From Klebsormidium nitens (lineage: Eukaryota; Plantae; Klebsormidiophyceae), in contig DF237192.1 in the NCBI GenBank assembly GCA_000708835.1, positions 59,878 to 123,877 on the forward strand: a DNA stretch of 64,000 bases, written 5' to 3'. The position numbers and the translations under genes are program-made. Shown here piece after piece: positions 11,840-23,564 of the stretch (position 1 is its first letter; each line of letters begins with the position of its first letter). The notes beneath the pieces are model-generated. The model was not told where the DNA came from. It worked only from the letters and a program-made list of their open reading frames with translations, and ran no database searches.

Positions 11840-12299
11840 CTTGTAGCTCACATACCCGTTCCTGGGTGCCACGTGTCTTTGCTTTTCTTCAAAGCAGTGG
11901 CTTGCGAGCGAATCTGCTTCATTGAAATAAGGTTTCTGGTCAACCCAGCGGGGTCAGCGCTGGACTTTCTTTCGCATGGTGCAGCATCTGGAGCAGCTCC
12001 GACACTCTTCGTACTTCCACAAAGGACTCTCATGCAGAACTCTTTGGTTGCATTACCCTAACTTTGTCAAGCCCCAGTCTATCGTGTCCGAGGAAGGTCT
12101 GTGGACTACTGTTGCTCTTTCTCGACTTCGCCGGCTCGTTCTTTGAATCGACGGTGACAAGCATGCAAATTCCGGCTGTCGGTCAAAGGGATGATCGACA
12201 GCCAAGGCGGATTGAGGTTTGACACGGGAGTCCTCTTCAGAAGGATTTTGACGATTCATGAATTCAAAAAAGACGTCTTTGTTAGCGCTTCTATAGGCA

Positions 12300-12365
12300 G
12301 TGGCAATGATGGGCTGGCTAAGATGGCCAAAGTCGCCATGTCCAGGACGAGAGCCTGAGGGTCAT
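12300..12365 (+). ncRNA. ATGATGG-subfamily unit 2
   Basis: GTGGCA-ATGATGGGCT...CTGA-GGGTCAT. Confidence 0.55.
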
Positions 12366-12863
12366 CTGTAACTTTTGTACCCGTTCTTGGTGTGTCCCAA
12401 GTGCTCACTTTTATTCGCACAGCACGAGGTTGCGGCGAAATTGCTCACGAGTACTTGAATTTCGTTCTTTGACCAAGTGCACTGCGTTCAGCTTTGGAAT
12501 CTGCTTCAGATGCGGCAGCATTACGAGTAGACGCGATGCTTATTGTGGGTTCTGTATAAAGCTCTTTACGATGCTTTTATAGTTCTCTAAAAAATCCAGT
12601 TTCATTGTCACTAAAGTAATTCAAAGCCCGTTCTAGGATAAGCCTGAGGACGGGTTGAACACGGACGACCCTCACCTTTCCATGACTTTGCCTTGCCTGT
12701 CCCCCTTTCTCGGTCAACAGTGGTTAGCATGCGCTTCTGGCCAGGGGGATAATTGAAGGCGGGATGGGATATTGATCTGGAACACCATGTGTTTCTTTCC
12801 CAATCAGACTTTGATGTGTCGTGAAGATAGTCGGAACGTCTTTGTGTACGCTTTGGTTGCCAT

Positions 12864-12928
12864 TGGCAATGATGGGCTAGCTTAGATTGCCATAGGCGGC
12901 ATGTCCAAGAGTTCCTGCCTGATGGCCA
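12864..12928 (+). ncRNA. ATGATGG-subfamily unit 3
   Basis: TGGCA-ATGATGGGCT...CTGA-TGGCCA. Confidence 0.6.
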
Positions 12929-13401
12929 TCCTGGTGATTTGCATGTTCGCTTTTGGTGCACATGTGTCCGCTTTCATTTGCAAATTACTCAGGTTGCGGG
13001 TGAATGTGCTTCACGACTACGAGGATTTTTGTTTTCGAAACATGGGCATGGTGGTCTGCATTGGAGTTTGGCTCACATTCGGGAGCATGGAAGACGCATT
13101 TCTTGCTCTGGCTCCGGAAAAAACTTGCTTTGTTGCCCCCTCTCTTGTCCAAAAGGCCATTCTAGATTGAGCGTGAGGGCGGCCCGAAGACGGACATTTG
13201 TTGCCGTCTTTGGACTCCGCCTTGGTCGTCCCCGTTTTCTTATTGATGGTGATCAGCATACAATTTCCGGCTGCCGTTCAAAGGGGTAACAATCAAGGCG
13301 GGGTGTGATTCTGACGCAAGATGTTAAGTTTTTCAATTCCAATCGGACTCTGACGATCCGCAAAGATAGTCGGAATGTCTTTCTTAGCGCTTTAAATGCA
13401 A

Positions 13402-13471
13402 GTGGTAATGATGGGCTCATTTTCGGTTTGCATGGCTGAAATGCTGTCGATGTGTAGAGCCTGATGGCCAT
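13402..13471 (+). ncRNA. ATGATGG-subfamily unit 4
   Basis: GTGGTA-ATGATGGGCT...CTGA-TGGCCAT. Confidence 0.55.
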
Positions 13472-13760
13472 CTTCGAGCGTCATCCATTGTTGGTGCCTC
13501 GTGTACCTGCTCTTGATCAAACAGGACTTGACTACGAAGGGTTGTGGATTAGAACCAGGAGACTCTTCGTCGAGCTGATTAGTCAGGGCTGGATTCTGCC
13601 CTACGTGCCAAGACGATCGGAGCAGCTGCAATACTTTTCAATTCTTGAGGAACACAACTTTTGGTGTCGTTTCCGGATTCGGACGACGGAGCGCAACAGT
13701 GAATGTGGTGACGTGGTGGCGCCTCGTTTCAAGATGGCCTGGTGGACTTTTTTATGGGTC

Positions 13761-13820
13761 TGGCAATGACGAGGCGTTTCCCGTCTTTCGAGGAAAGAAA
13801 GCCATTTTGGTCTGACGCCA
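13761..13820 (+). ncRNA. Box C/D-like member (intron after exon I)
   Basis: TGGCA-ATGACGA...TTTCC/GGAAA hairpin...CTGA-CGCCA. Confidence 0.6.
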
Positions 13821-14707
13821 CTTACGGTCTTGCGTCTTGCTCACGTAGATGCAGAACATCTCTTCTTCTGGCGACTTAGCGGAAGGTTCACCAGGCTTTG
13901 GTCAGGCTACGCTCAATGAAGTGACTGCTGAACAGCACCTGCAAAGACTTCTGTCCTTTAGAGCTTCAGTGTGAAGAGTTTCTAATTTTGGCACGATCGT
14001 TGTTTGGCAAATGATAATTTGATGGTTGTAGAAGTGAAAGGATCAGCAAAGCTTGATGTTTTCCCGTATTGTGCGGGTTGGGTTAGGAGGTGGCCTTGGT
14101 TCGTATGCAAGTTGAAGATGCGCGTTTACCTGGAGCGCTCCCTACTCAGTTAATCAAGAATTGAATCTACCCTCAGCAGGTATCCACCCTCATATGTTTC
14201 CAACCGCAGCAGAACATCAGCTTGAGCCTTCGCTTTTCTGGTATTACTCCGCAATTTCAGCCTTCCATTATGGTCCGTCGGGAACGTTCAACTCTGAACG
14301 CGGCACGGAAAGATCTGTCGACCTTTGTGCGTCCTCGTGACTGACTCCTTATAATCAGCTGCCTCGAAAACCCGCATGAAGCAATGAAGTCGTTAATCGT
14401 GCTGGGATCAACGACCGCTTTGTTCTTACAGCCTCCTGACCGGGGTCACTCGCAATCTCTACCTTTCCTATCATCGTCTTGAGTCCCTCTGTTTTTTCGT
14501 TTGACTGTCTTTTTTGTTTTCAGGTCTACTCTTCTACATCGCTGTCGGTGCGAAGCATCCTGAACATAACCTCGCTGTAATCAGGGGTCGTCACCAAACA
14601 ATTGCCTTCTCCGCAGGATCCCCTCACCGCCCTGGAACGACCATTTCCTTCTGTCCCCTGCGGTCTAGTTTTCCAAAGCGGGTATTAATTCTAGTTTCTT
14701 CCCGCAG

Positions 14708-14992
14708 GGCATCCCCACCGTCGATCGCGCCGTGATCAACGACACCTCCAAGGACGGCGTCCGGTCCTACAACCTGCTCGTCGAAGGCACAAACCTCGCC
14801 GCGGTTATGGGCATAGAAGGCGTGGACGGCTTAGAAACGCGGAGCAACCACATCATCGAAGTGGAACACACGCTCGGGATCGAGGCGGCGCGCACGGCGA
14901 TCATGCGCGAGATCGAGTACACGATGGGCAGCCACGGGATGACGATCGACCTGCGGCACATGATGCTCCTGGCTGACGTCATGACGTACAAG
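14708..14992 (+). CDS. NRPC1: RPC1 exon J
   Basis: [11 protein letters not shown]...[23 protein letters not shown]...[15 protein letters not shown]; donor GTGAGG. Confidence 0.96.
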
Positions 14993-15462
14993 GTGAGGTC
15001 ACGGGAGAGTTGGTGATTATGGGTTGGGTAGCGGGGCTGTACTGTGATCGTTGTGGAAGCGGCTCGCTTTCAGCCGTGAGAATGCTTCACCTCTGCGGAA
15101 GTTAGGGTCACATGTGCCCAAGTGAGGAGACAGCTTGGTCAGCTGTACCTTGAAACCCATCAGCGAAGTTGTCTTCAAAACAGGCAGGTTTACTGCAAGA
15201 AGCGCTTGATAGCGTCTTTCAAAGCTATTCATTTGACACCAAACGTAAGAAGGCGACGTTTTCGACTGCGCCTGGAGCACCCCCGAAAATGTTGAATCTT
15301 TTGCCTGAAGCAGATTGGGTGGAGCGCGCTATATGGATCGCTCGAAACACTTGGCACCCTATCTGAGATGAAGAACCAGTGCCAGTTCCTGTTCTTTGAA
15401 TACTCAAAGCCCTTTCTTTCGATAAGGAGCACTCTTGACACGTCATATCCTTCTATTTGCAG

Positions 15463-15665
15463 GGCGAGATCCTGGGCATCACCCGGTTCGGCATCGCCAA
15501 GATGAAGGACTCGGTGCTCATGCTCGCCTCCTTTGAGAAAACGACGGACCATTTGTTCGACGCGGCGATTCACGGGCGGACGGACCAGATCGAGGGCGTC
15601 AGCGAGTGCATCATCATGGGGATCCCCATGCCCATCGGGACCGGACTGTTCAAGCTGCGGCAAAG
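15463..15665 (+). CDS. NRPC1: RPC1 exon K
   Basis: [35 protein letters not shown]...[23 protein letters not shown]; donor GTGGGT, phase 2. Confidence 0.96.
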
Positions 15666-15760
15666 GTGGGTTGTTTGAACAGTCCCAAACACATCTAAGA
15701 TTTCAAGGTTTGTCGGTTGAGGTTTGGTGGGCCTGCTTTGAAGCATTGGGTCGATAGGAT

Positions 15761-15825
15761 GGCGTCAGCGAATGCATGGGCATTCCGATGCCTATAAGGC
15801 TCTTACGCTGCGGCCAAAGGTGCGT
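15761..15825 (+). pseudogene. Dead copy 1 of the 3' end of exon K, with donor
   Basis: GVSEC--MGIPMPI...ctgcggccaaag|GTGCGT; contains deletions. Confidence 0.8.
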
Positions 15826-15918
15826 TTTCGCGAAGTCTATACGCAACCAAAAGACTCCTTAGTTTCAAGCGAGATCTCTTTTATCTTGTTCCGTCGTGTA
15901 TAATCTGACGGATCGTTT

Positions 15919-15999
15919 GAGGCCGTCAGCGAGGGCATCATCATCATGGCGAACTCAATGCCCATTCGAACATTCTCTTCTAGTTGCGGCAGAGGTCAG
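15919..15999 (+). pseudogene. Dead copy 2 of the 3' end of exon K
   Basis: gaggccgtcagcgagggcatcatcatcatggcgaactcaatgcccatt...ttgcggcagag|GTCAG. Confidence 0.7.
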
Positions 16000-16508
16000 A
16001 ATGGATCTTAAAATCTAACGTGGGCGGACCCAGTCCCTTCTATCAGGATCTGGTTTCGCGTCGTCAGGCGTTAAATCCGGTATAAATTGTGGATATTGGG
16101 CAGATGAAGATAGTTTAGAAAGTCGGTGTTACACATATGCACATAGCCGCTGGTGTAGGCTTTTCCGTGGTCAACCTGCTCAAGCTTTTTCAATGAAATA
16201 TGATCGAGTGGAACCTGGCGGGAGGGGATTTTGAGTCTGGTTTGAAGTGGCCTCAGGTCAATGAAACGGAATTGATGTTTGGACGCCCGGCTTGCGCGCA
16301 CATTAAGGAACTCGGACGGAGTCATTTTCATTTTGTGGATGTTAAATGAGCGCACTTTGTGGATGCTCATAAACAAGCATCCGAGCCCGTCGGTTAACGC
16401 AACGTGCGATCAGGGGGCCTAGGCAAATCGACTTTGGTTGCCAGCAAAACATTGGTAAAGTTGCTGTACTCGACAACGTCTGATGTGATAATTCTGATTT
16501 GCCTGCAG

Positions 16509-16560
16509 GATAGCGAAGAAGCCGGTCTTACCGAAGCGGCCCCCGCTGTTGCTTCCATAA
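16509..16560 (+). CDS. NRPC1: RPC1 probable terminal exon
   Basis: ctgcag acceptor in the correct phase gives (R)IAKKPVLPKRPPLLLP*, resembling the Pro-rich RPC1 C-terminal tail. Confidence 0.7.
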
Positions 16561-18794
16561 ATTGTGCCAGAAAGCCGGCTGGCTCGCAGGGTGAAAGCAT
16601 TTGTTGTAGCGTAAAACGCATCGTGGGTATGCTCAGGTGCAGAAGACACCCGTCCAGTACGGTCTTCCGTGGTGCAACTTTTGACAAACGTTAAACGTCC
16701 CTCCATGCCGTGAGTGCCTTCTCGATTTGTGAGGAGGACTAAGCTGCGGACTGACCAGGATTCTGAACAGTGAACATGGTAGCTTCCCGGGGCCCACAAC
16801 ATTCCTTGCTCAATCAGGCTTTTTGTGGTCCAACGAGCCCCGCTCTGCCGATTGAAGGATGCTCGAATGCAGGAAGTGGAAGAACACTATACATATGTAG
16901 CCCAAAATGCTCAACGTGTTCAAATTTTGAACCACCCTGCATGCAACGATGTTGTCACAAGGTAAGGCTGCGATGCCGGTGATCAAATATCATAGGCGCT
17001 GGGCTCCAATGGCTTTATGAGGACGCAAGTGCTGGCGCCACTGGCAAGGCTCTCTGCGCCGTCGAAACTTAAGCGAGTCACCAAGGATGTTTGTGCAGTC
17101 GCCGTGCTTAAGCAGGCCTGCTAGCCTGATCGAGCGCAGGCCATGGCGTTGAAGCCACGCCCTAGCTACACACTCACTACGTTTGCATTGAGGGGGGTTT
17201 ATGTAGCAATGTTGAGGGAACTCTGGGGGTATCTAAGTCAGAATGCTGTCGTGAATTGTATCAATCTGTGGTTTTGTGGCCGCTACTCAATTGGCAAGCC
17301 CTCAAATATGCATCATGGCCGCCGCGGCGCATGGCCGGGCCCATGCCATGATGCAGTGTATGGTCGCCGGCGACCGCACACGTGAAGCCTCGATTGCCAG
17401 GCAGACTAGTATGGCCGAATGTCGGTGCAAGCTTGGCCCGAAGACAGGATTGAATCTGCTCTCTGAATACTGAGTCCCGCCCTGTGCGGAAGTCCCACGG
17501 TTGCGCATCTATAAGTCTAGGTGACACGCGGCGTGCAGCCACAGGCTTTGCCCGCGGACATACTGCGCAGAAATAGGTGCATGCATGTGAGATATGTCAT
17601 GCAACGCCGGTTAAGTTTTAGTGACTCATTGATTAAGATTGACGGTAGAGTCTCTGCAAAACCATGCAGCTGAGCACGTGTGCGGTACTCTAATGATCCC
17701 TGCGGCAGCGCTGGCAGTCCGAGGTACCATAATCGTGCGCCGATTATACCGCGGCCTCTGATCGGATCGACAAAATTCGTTGAAATACGCTTAACGCCAT
17801 GATTCATCATTGATTTGAGCAACAACAATTAGCGCTGGCTACCAGATATAGGCACGTACGGCCTTTAAATTTGCGTATATTCGATGATGATGGACCCTGG
17901 CACCGGTCACGCCAAAATTGGCACACCGCCAGGTTGCATGCACAGCTAGCCGCTCAACAAACACCGGCCGCGCGCATCATATACAAGAGCACTAAAAAAA
18001 AGAACGGGTCGAGTCTGCAGGCTTCGCCGGGTCGCGATATCCCTTATATATTTGCATGTGGGCCAGCCTATCATTGCGATTCACTGATAGTGAGGAAACA
18101 TATATTTAGAACTGCACGCGTGATTGGCATCAAGACACATGCAATGCCGCCCCCGCCAAATATAACCGCTTCATTGTGCTATATGTATTATAGAATCGAG
18201 TCGTGTAATTTTACCTCAAGCGCTCAAGCCTTTAAAGTCGACCACGTCGTACTGTGAGTGGTCGATACCTTTGAAACTTCAATTACTTTCTACGTCACAG
18301 TTTGCTGCCATGCATGAACATGTACGTGCTGGTGCATGAGCGTACAAGATCTCAATCAATTGCACACACGAGAAGCTTAGTCTAGACATAGTATTCGAGC
18401 CTACACTAGCTGTGCATCAAGAAGCGAATGATGATGGCCCATGATGATTCGGGCTCTTCGTGTGTATGTTTAATATGCATTGATCGGGTGTTTACACAAT
18501 ATACACAATATGTACATAAATACCCGGCCTAATGCCTGGTTCTTCCTACACAAAGGATTGACTTAGAGCTTATGTTCCAAGAGGGACCCTCGAGCGTTGT
18601 TAAAGATGCAAAATATCAGCAAGGGGACTGAACAGGCAGCTCGATTGAGGGGCCGTTGCCAAGCGAGACGTTGGCCGACACTGCTGGCCCTGCAAAGGAA
18701 AGTGCGCTGAGGTCATTTCTCAACAACGGTTGGTCACTTTTCCAAGATTGAGCTTTCGATGACAACCATTCCGATTGAAAGGGCTGACAAACAC

Positions 18795-18841
18795 GTGCAA
18801 GTGCCTGCAAGTGCTGCAAGTGCCTGCAAGTGCTGGAAGTG
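18795..18841. repeat. Short tandem repeat (TGCAAGTGC[C])n
   Basis: gtgcaagtgcctgcaagtgctgcaagtgcctgcaagtgctggaagtg. Confidence 0.85.
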
Positions 18842-20686
18842 TAGAAGAACGAGGCAGCTAGTCGATTTCCGGCCCGGTCAAAGTGCTTGTTCAGGGGACA
18901 AATTAAGAGGTAGGAATTCAGGAATTGACAAAAGCAAGGACGGTGCTTGTTGGAACTCAGAATACCGTCAGCCTATGCGTTCATGATTACAATATGCATT
19001 TTTAAGATCAACCTTTCTGGATTTGATTAGAAAACGCCTCACAAATAGGAGGCTCCGTGCATATCAGCGCCGGCCCTTGACTCAAAGATGTAACGCAAGC
19101 AACCCTTTGAAAGAAGGGGCTCAGGAGTACATTGTCGCAGATATTCTCTCCACGATTCGAACAGCCCCATCAGCTCGCCATGGCTACCTGCTTACAGCAG
19201 AGAAACACATAAGGCTTCCGTTCCCTCAAAAGTCTGGCCTTGGTTTGAACAGAGCCGAGAAAATGCTCAGCTTTGGCATATGGATGCCGCCTTCATATTC
19301 AGTGAACTCTGAAAGTAGAGCGTACTTCATTCTGTGAAAAGACTCGTCTGAGAAGCGACCGGTCCGATATTGACCCGTATCACCCTTGATGGTTCCACTG
19401 TCTCCCATCATCTGATCCATTCTTTCGGACAGAACATGGGCGAACACTCAGGTTCTCGAATCGACTCACCGCAGTCTTTCCCCCGGACGATGTCTGCCTC
19501 GTCAATAATCAGCTCGTTGCTTCTCACGAGCACTCGGACCTGCTCCAGCTGAACGATTGGCCCAAGAGTTCTGTGAGCGGAGCCTGTAGGCAAGCAAGGA
19601 AAACGATGCAAGCTGTGAGCCCTGAGCTCTGAAAGAGAACGAAAGTCATGGCGAGAAGCAACCAGTCTGATTGTGACTGGCTAGATCTGAGATAGACAAT
19701 CTGCCTGCTGCAAAGCAGCCCCATTTCCAGGTGCGCTAGTCTGGCTCAATGAATGGTCTTGATCCGGAACGACCAGGCTTTTGTCCTTGCAGAGGGCATG
19801 TCAAGGATTAAACCAGCTTTTGAAACGGACGCCAGCGCATAACAACTTCCGTTTCACCAGAATTCGAGCTGACATGTTGGAAGTGCTCGCGAGCCTCGAT
19901 TCTTGTGCAAGCCGCAGAAGTTGGACCTCTGCCCTGGAACAAGCTTGAGGAGAAACGGATACTCACGGAAGCCGGTGCGCTCGACATCTGACGTCCCAAA
20001 ATTTGCTGCTCACGGCTGCTGATAAGCAACGACTCTTTATTTTAAGCAGGACACGCACTTTTGAGAGCAAGAGAGATTCACGTTCTTATATCGAAGCGAA
20101 CAGCGCCTTTTCCTGTAAGCTTCGATAGACCATCTGGAGTCCTTTCTCCAAGAGACAAGCACGCACCTGTCGTGTTGTTATCGTCCACGTCAACGCAAGG
20201 CTCTCCTACTGCGGGCATCGTGCAGAGTGAACGCTCCGCTGTCGTTGCTTGCCTAAACGCAACGCTCACTTGCCAGGGTTCGTCTATGACGACGCCAGCC
20301 CAGACGAGCACCGGCAACCCGGTGCCCTCCTACGCAAAGATGGCAAAAGAGTGAACCACTCTAACCGAAAAAACAAGTTTGGGGTTGTATGAGAGAAGCT
20401 TCAACGTGTGAAACGCACTATCCCGTGCACTGAAGCAACAGAAAGGATGCCGACTTTAAGCTGTTGAGGTCAGACAAGCATACGCTTGAAGAGCACTTTC
20501 AGTCCGAAAACACAGATGGTAATGACTTTCTTAGAGTGGAACGATTTCCTGAAAGCATATCAAAGCGTTTCTCAGAAACGGTGAGGATTCAAACACTCCA
20601 GAAAGCACGAGTATTACCCTTTGCTTTCCATACAGCGGTTTTCACCAGACAATCGTTAGCGCACTCCAAGGCTTGAATCTCTTTTA

Positions 20687-21124
20687 TGCTGTGTTCACAT
20701 GTGTCCACCAAAACCAGCAAAATCGGCAATAACCAGCAAAAATCAGCGACCTAAAAAGCTTCCCCCTCCCAAACCCGATGAAGCTAGTTTTGGAGGCTTC
20801 AAAACTCGACCGGAGGCTTGCGTTCACATATTGCTCGGGTCGGCTGTCGGGTAGACTCGACTTCAAGTTTTTGCCGATCGTCGCCGGACAAGTTCCACGG
20901 GCAAATATTGCCCGGTAGGAAAACCAGCACTACCAAACCGGCGTAAACCACCAAAACCCGGCTCAAAATTTCGGTCGAGTTTTCATCTGGTTTTCGCCGG
21001 TTTTCTCCGACCAGCAAAGCCCACCAAACCCGAGCTCGGTTTTGGCGGGTTCACATGCCTCCACGCTGCCACGTAGGACAGAACCGGCGAAAACCAGCAA
21101 ACCTGACCACATGTGAACAAGGCA
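20687..21124. mobile_element. PIF/Harbinger (Tourist-like) MITE
   Basis: TIRs TGCTGTGTTCACATGTG and CACATGTGAACAAGGCA (15/17 match); TTA on both flanks (20684-86, 21125-27); internal AAAACCAGCA-type subterminal repeats; no coding capacity. Confidence 0.8.
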
Positions 21125-21743
21125 TTAGCCTGTGCCGGAAGGGGAAGGAGACATTCACAGGACCTCCTCGATTGCAACGGGCCAACAACTTACAGGTGCC
21201 CGCATCTCCTTGACGAGGGCAAGAATCAGGCGGCCCTTGGCAAATGACTCGAACATATCTTCAAGGGCGAACCATGGGCGGGTCAGGCTGCTCTCAACGC
21301 CGTTTTGATTGTACAGGGAAGAAGGGAAGATGACGGGACACTGTCGGGGCACACCTGCGGAAAGGTGATATGTCAGAAGACCCCCATAAGATCAGAGCAG
21401 CGTTGCGGATCACAATCCCTCAATTGTGAAGGGGGTATGGTAGCGGTACTTAGACACACAAGGACCTCTCTCGCTTCAGCGTTGTTGAAAAGATCTGTCT
21501 ATCTCTGATCTGAGCAGGGAATGTATGAGGCTTTCCATAAATTGTTGATGTCTTCTTGCCGCGCTAGAAGCACTTGCGTCAAGTCCGCAGAGATGCCCTC
21601 CGAGAAACGAATGATGCAACTCACGCTTCTGGGCTTGCAAATAGTGCGGAGCGACTCAATGCAGACAGATCCTAATCGAAAACACATATGAGCGACTCGC
21701 GGGCGCGCGCTTCCGTGAGTTTCTTTTGGGGTTCACGACAATT

Positions 21744-21806
21744 GTGGCCGTGATCATTTGAACCTCATTGGGCTTCAACCCAGACGCACTAACGTCGGAC
21801 TGCCAT
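21744..21806 (+). ncRNA. Box C/D-like member
   Basis: GTGGCC-GTGATCA...TGGGCTTCAACCCA...CGGA-CTGCCAT. Confidence 0.45.
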
Positions 21807-22119
21807 ATTGCAAGCCGCAAAGCAAGTTGATCGCCCGTACGTACACGCGGCCTAACAGCTGCGGTTGTGCAAACTCATCATTCAATTTCACTTCGTAACA
21901 GGTCAACTATCAGCGAGTGCTATCATCAGTTGCGTCATCAGTTCGTGGATTCAGTCTCTTGCAAAAGATACGTAAAGAAAGTTCTAGAATAATAATTTCC
22001 ATCCTTACTGCCACGCCTATCAACGAAGTAATGAGTTGCTCCCTGAATATAGCCGAGGGTATTTCAATACAGGGGCACCTTGATCTCTATCTTCTTAGAT
22101 GCGTTCGTCTGCAGCAAAA

Positions 22120-22189
22120 AGCAGTGATGGGAGTGCATGGATTTGGGCTTCTGCTCATGCCAGTGTTTCATCTCACCAACCCTGACGCC
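22120..22189 (+). ncRNA. Box C/D-like member
   Basis: AGCA-GTGATGG...TGGGCTTCTGCTCA...CTGA-CGCC. Confidence 0.5.
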
Positions 22190-22995
22190 CTCTCAGGCTC
22201 TTGATATCTCCTTTCTGCGAGAGAATTTTAGGGGACTTTGGTCTGGTATCGGAGCGAATTGTTCTCTTCTCGATCATGCGCGCGGCTTAAAGTGGTAGCT
22301 GTTTGTTTTCTTGCGCTTGCTTGTGAAGAGTCCGAGTCGCTTGCAATGAACGGTCGTGATCCAGCTAGACGGGCTAGCTCGAAATTCAAGGATTTGACTT
22401 GCACAATCGTAAACGCTTTGGGAAAGACGATCCGACTCGCGTCGGTAAGCTTAGGTTTTCTGCTAACTCGCGGAAGGATGTTATGCATCGGACCCCCTTT
22501 CCCGAACGGGCAGCTGGACCTTTTCAGAGGAGATTAGAAATCAAGAGCCGGTACCGAGGCATCCTGGCAGGAAGAAATGTATGCCCTTTCGCCTCTACAT
22601 GGCTGAAATAGAGGGCTGCATCCTACCTTCGTAAACATCATGCCACATGTGAAGTCAGACGCTTTATTACGAACTACGATTGCGCGCACGAAGTAAATTG
22701 TCGTTTTCTTCGAAGCTGCTCAGTAGCGTGCACATGATTTGAATCCATGGGCGCTTCCGATTTATTTTGTCGTAGTCATCATTTGCTCGTATAATTGCCG
22801 CGCACATCATCCCCGATTTCAACTGCCAGCTCGATCACGCACATGGTAAGAAAGACGAGGGCCTCTGCTGGTCACTGGCCAACGAGGCGAAACTGAACCC
22901 GGATTATCGACGCTGCGGTGCTGACATGGGTCTGTATGGTGGTTAGAGTGATGCGCTGGCGCTTTCTCAATTGTGGGAGAAGCGTCGTTGTTGAC

Positions 22996-23060
22996 CGGCA
23001 GTGACGTACGACTGCGCATTGGGCTTGGGCTCTGGCCCACCTGCCTGCGTAATCGAAACC
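22996..23060 (+). ncRNA. Box C/D-like member, decayed 3' end
   Basis: CGGCA-GTGACGT...TGGGCTCTGGCCCA; D box and stem degenerate. Confidence 0.3.
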
Positions 23061-23564
23061 CAGCGCGGATGCCCTGAGCAACTCGAACCCGGGACGTGAT
23101 CCACGTGAAAAAGCGCTTGAATCACTAATAGTTGACTCCGGACTTTCAGTACCCCACAATTTGGGAACAAGTTGGGATTAAAATCTCGCGGGCGCCAGTG
23201 ATCAATATCACAGTACGTTTGGCCAAGGTGAGCAGAGCCGCTCATGCAGATTCAACTCACGCAAAGTGGCTCGGATTGCGCGCGCGCGCACAATAGCATT
23301 GCAGCGTGGTCAACTCACTGAATGCCAGTTTCAACGAGTGCTTATTCGACAACTTGCTATGACGAGACGATGCAGGCAACACCCCACAACAGCTAGACGC
23401 TGCTGCGGTTGGGGCCTTGCAGACGACAGGGGTGGAGATTAGCACCCCGTTTCCGTCTGGCCACGACATGCCGCGCCGCCGTGTGGTGCGGCCGCATACA
23501 GTGCGGGGACCAAGTGTTGTGGGTTTAGCTAGCCCGGAACACAAACGAGCGCGGCGCCTACTAG

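Larger units (their letters stand above)
11771..13480 (+). repeat. Tandem array of ~540-bp units in the RPC1 intron after exon I
   Basis: ATGATGGGCT units start at 11771, 12300, 12864 and 13402; downstream flanks of units 1 and 2 align (tacccgttc..gg.tg..c..gtg.tc). Confidence 0.7.

Noticed and set aside
14611-14640. Possible echo of the exon J acceptor (ccgcag|gatcccctcaccg)
   Set aside because: Too short and diverged to distinguish from chance
16046-16074. Alternative RPC1 last exon (cag|g-IWFRVVRR*)
   Set aside because: Poorer resemblance to RPC1 C-termini than the Pro-rich exon at 16509
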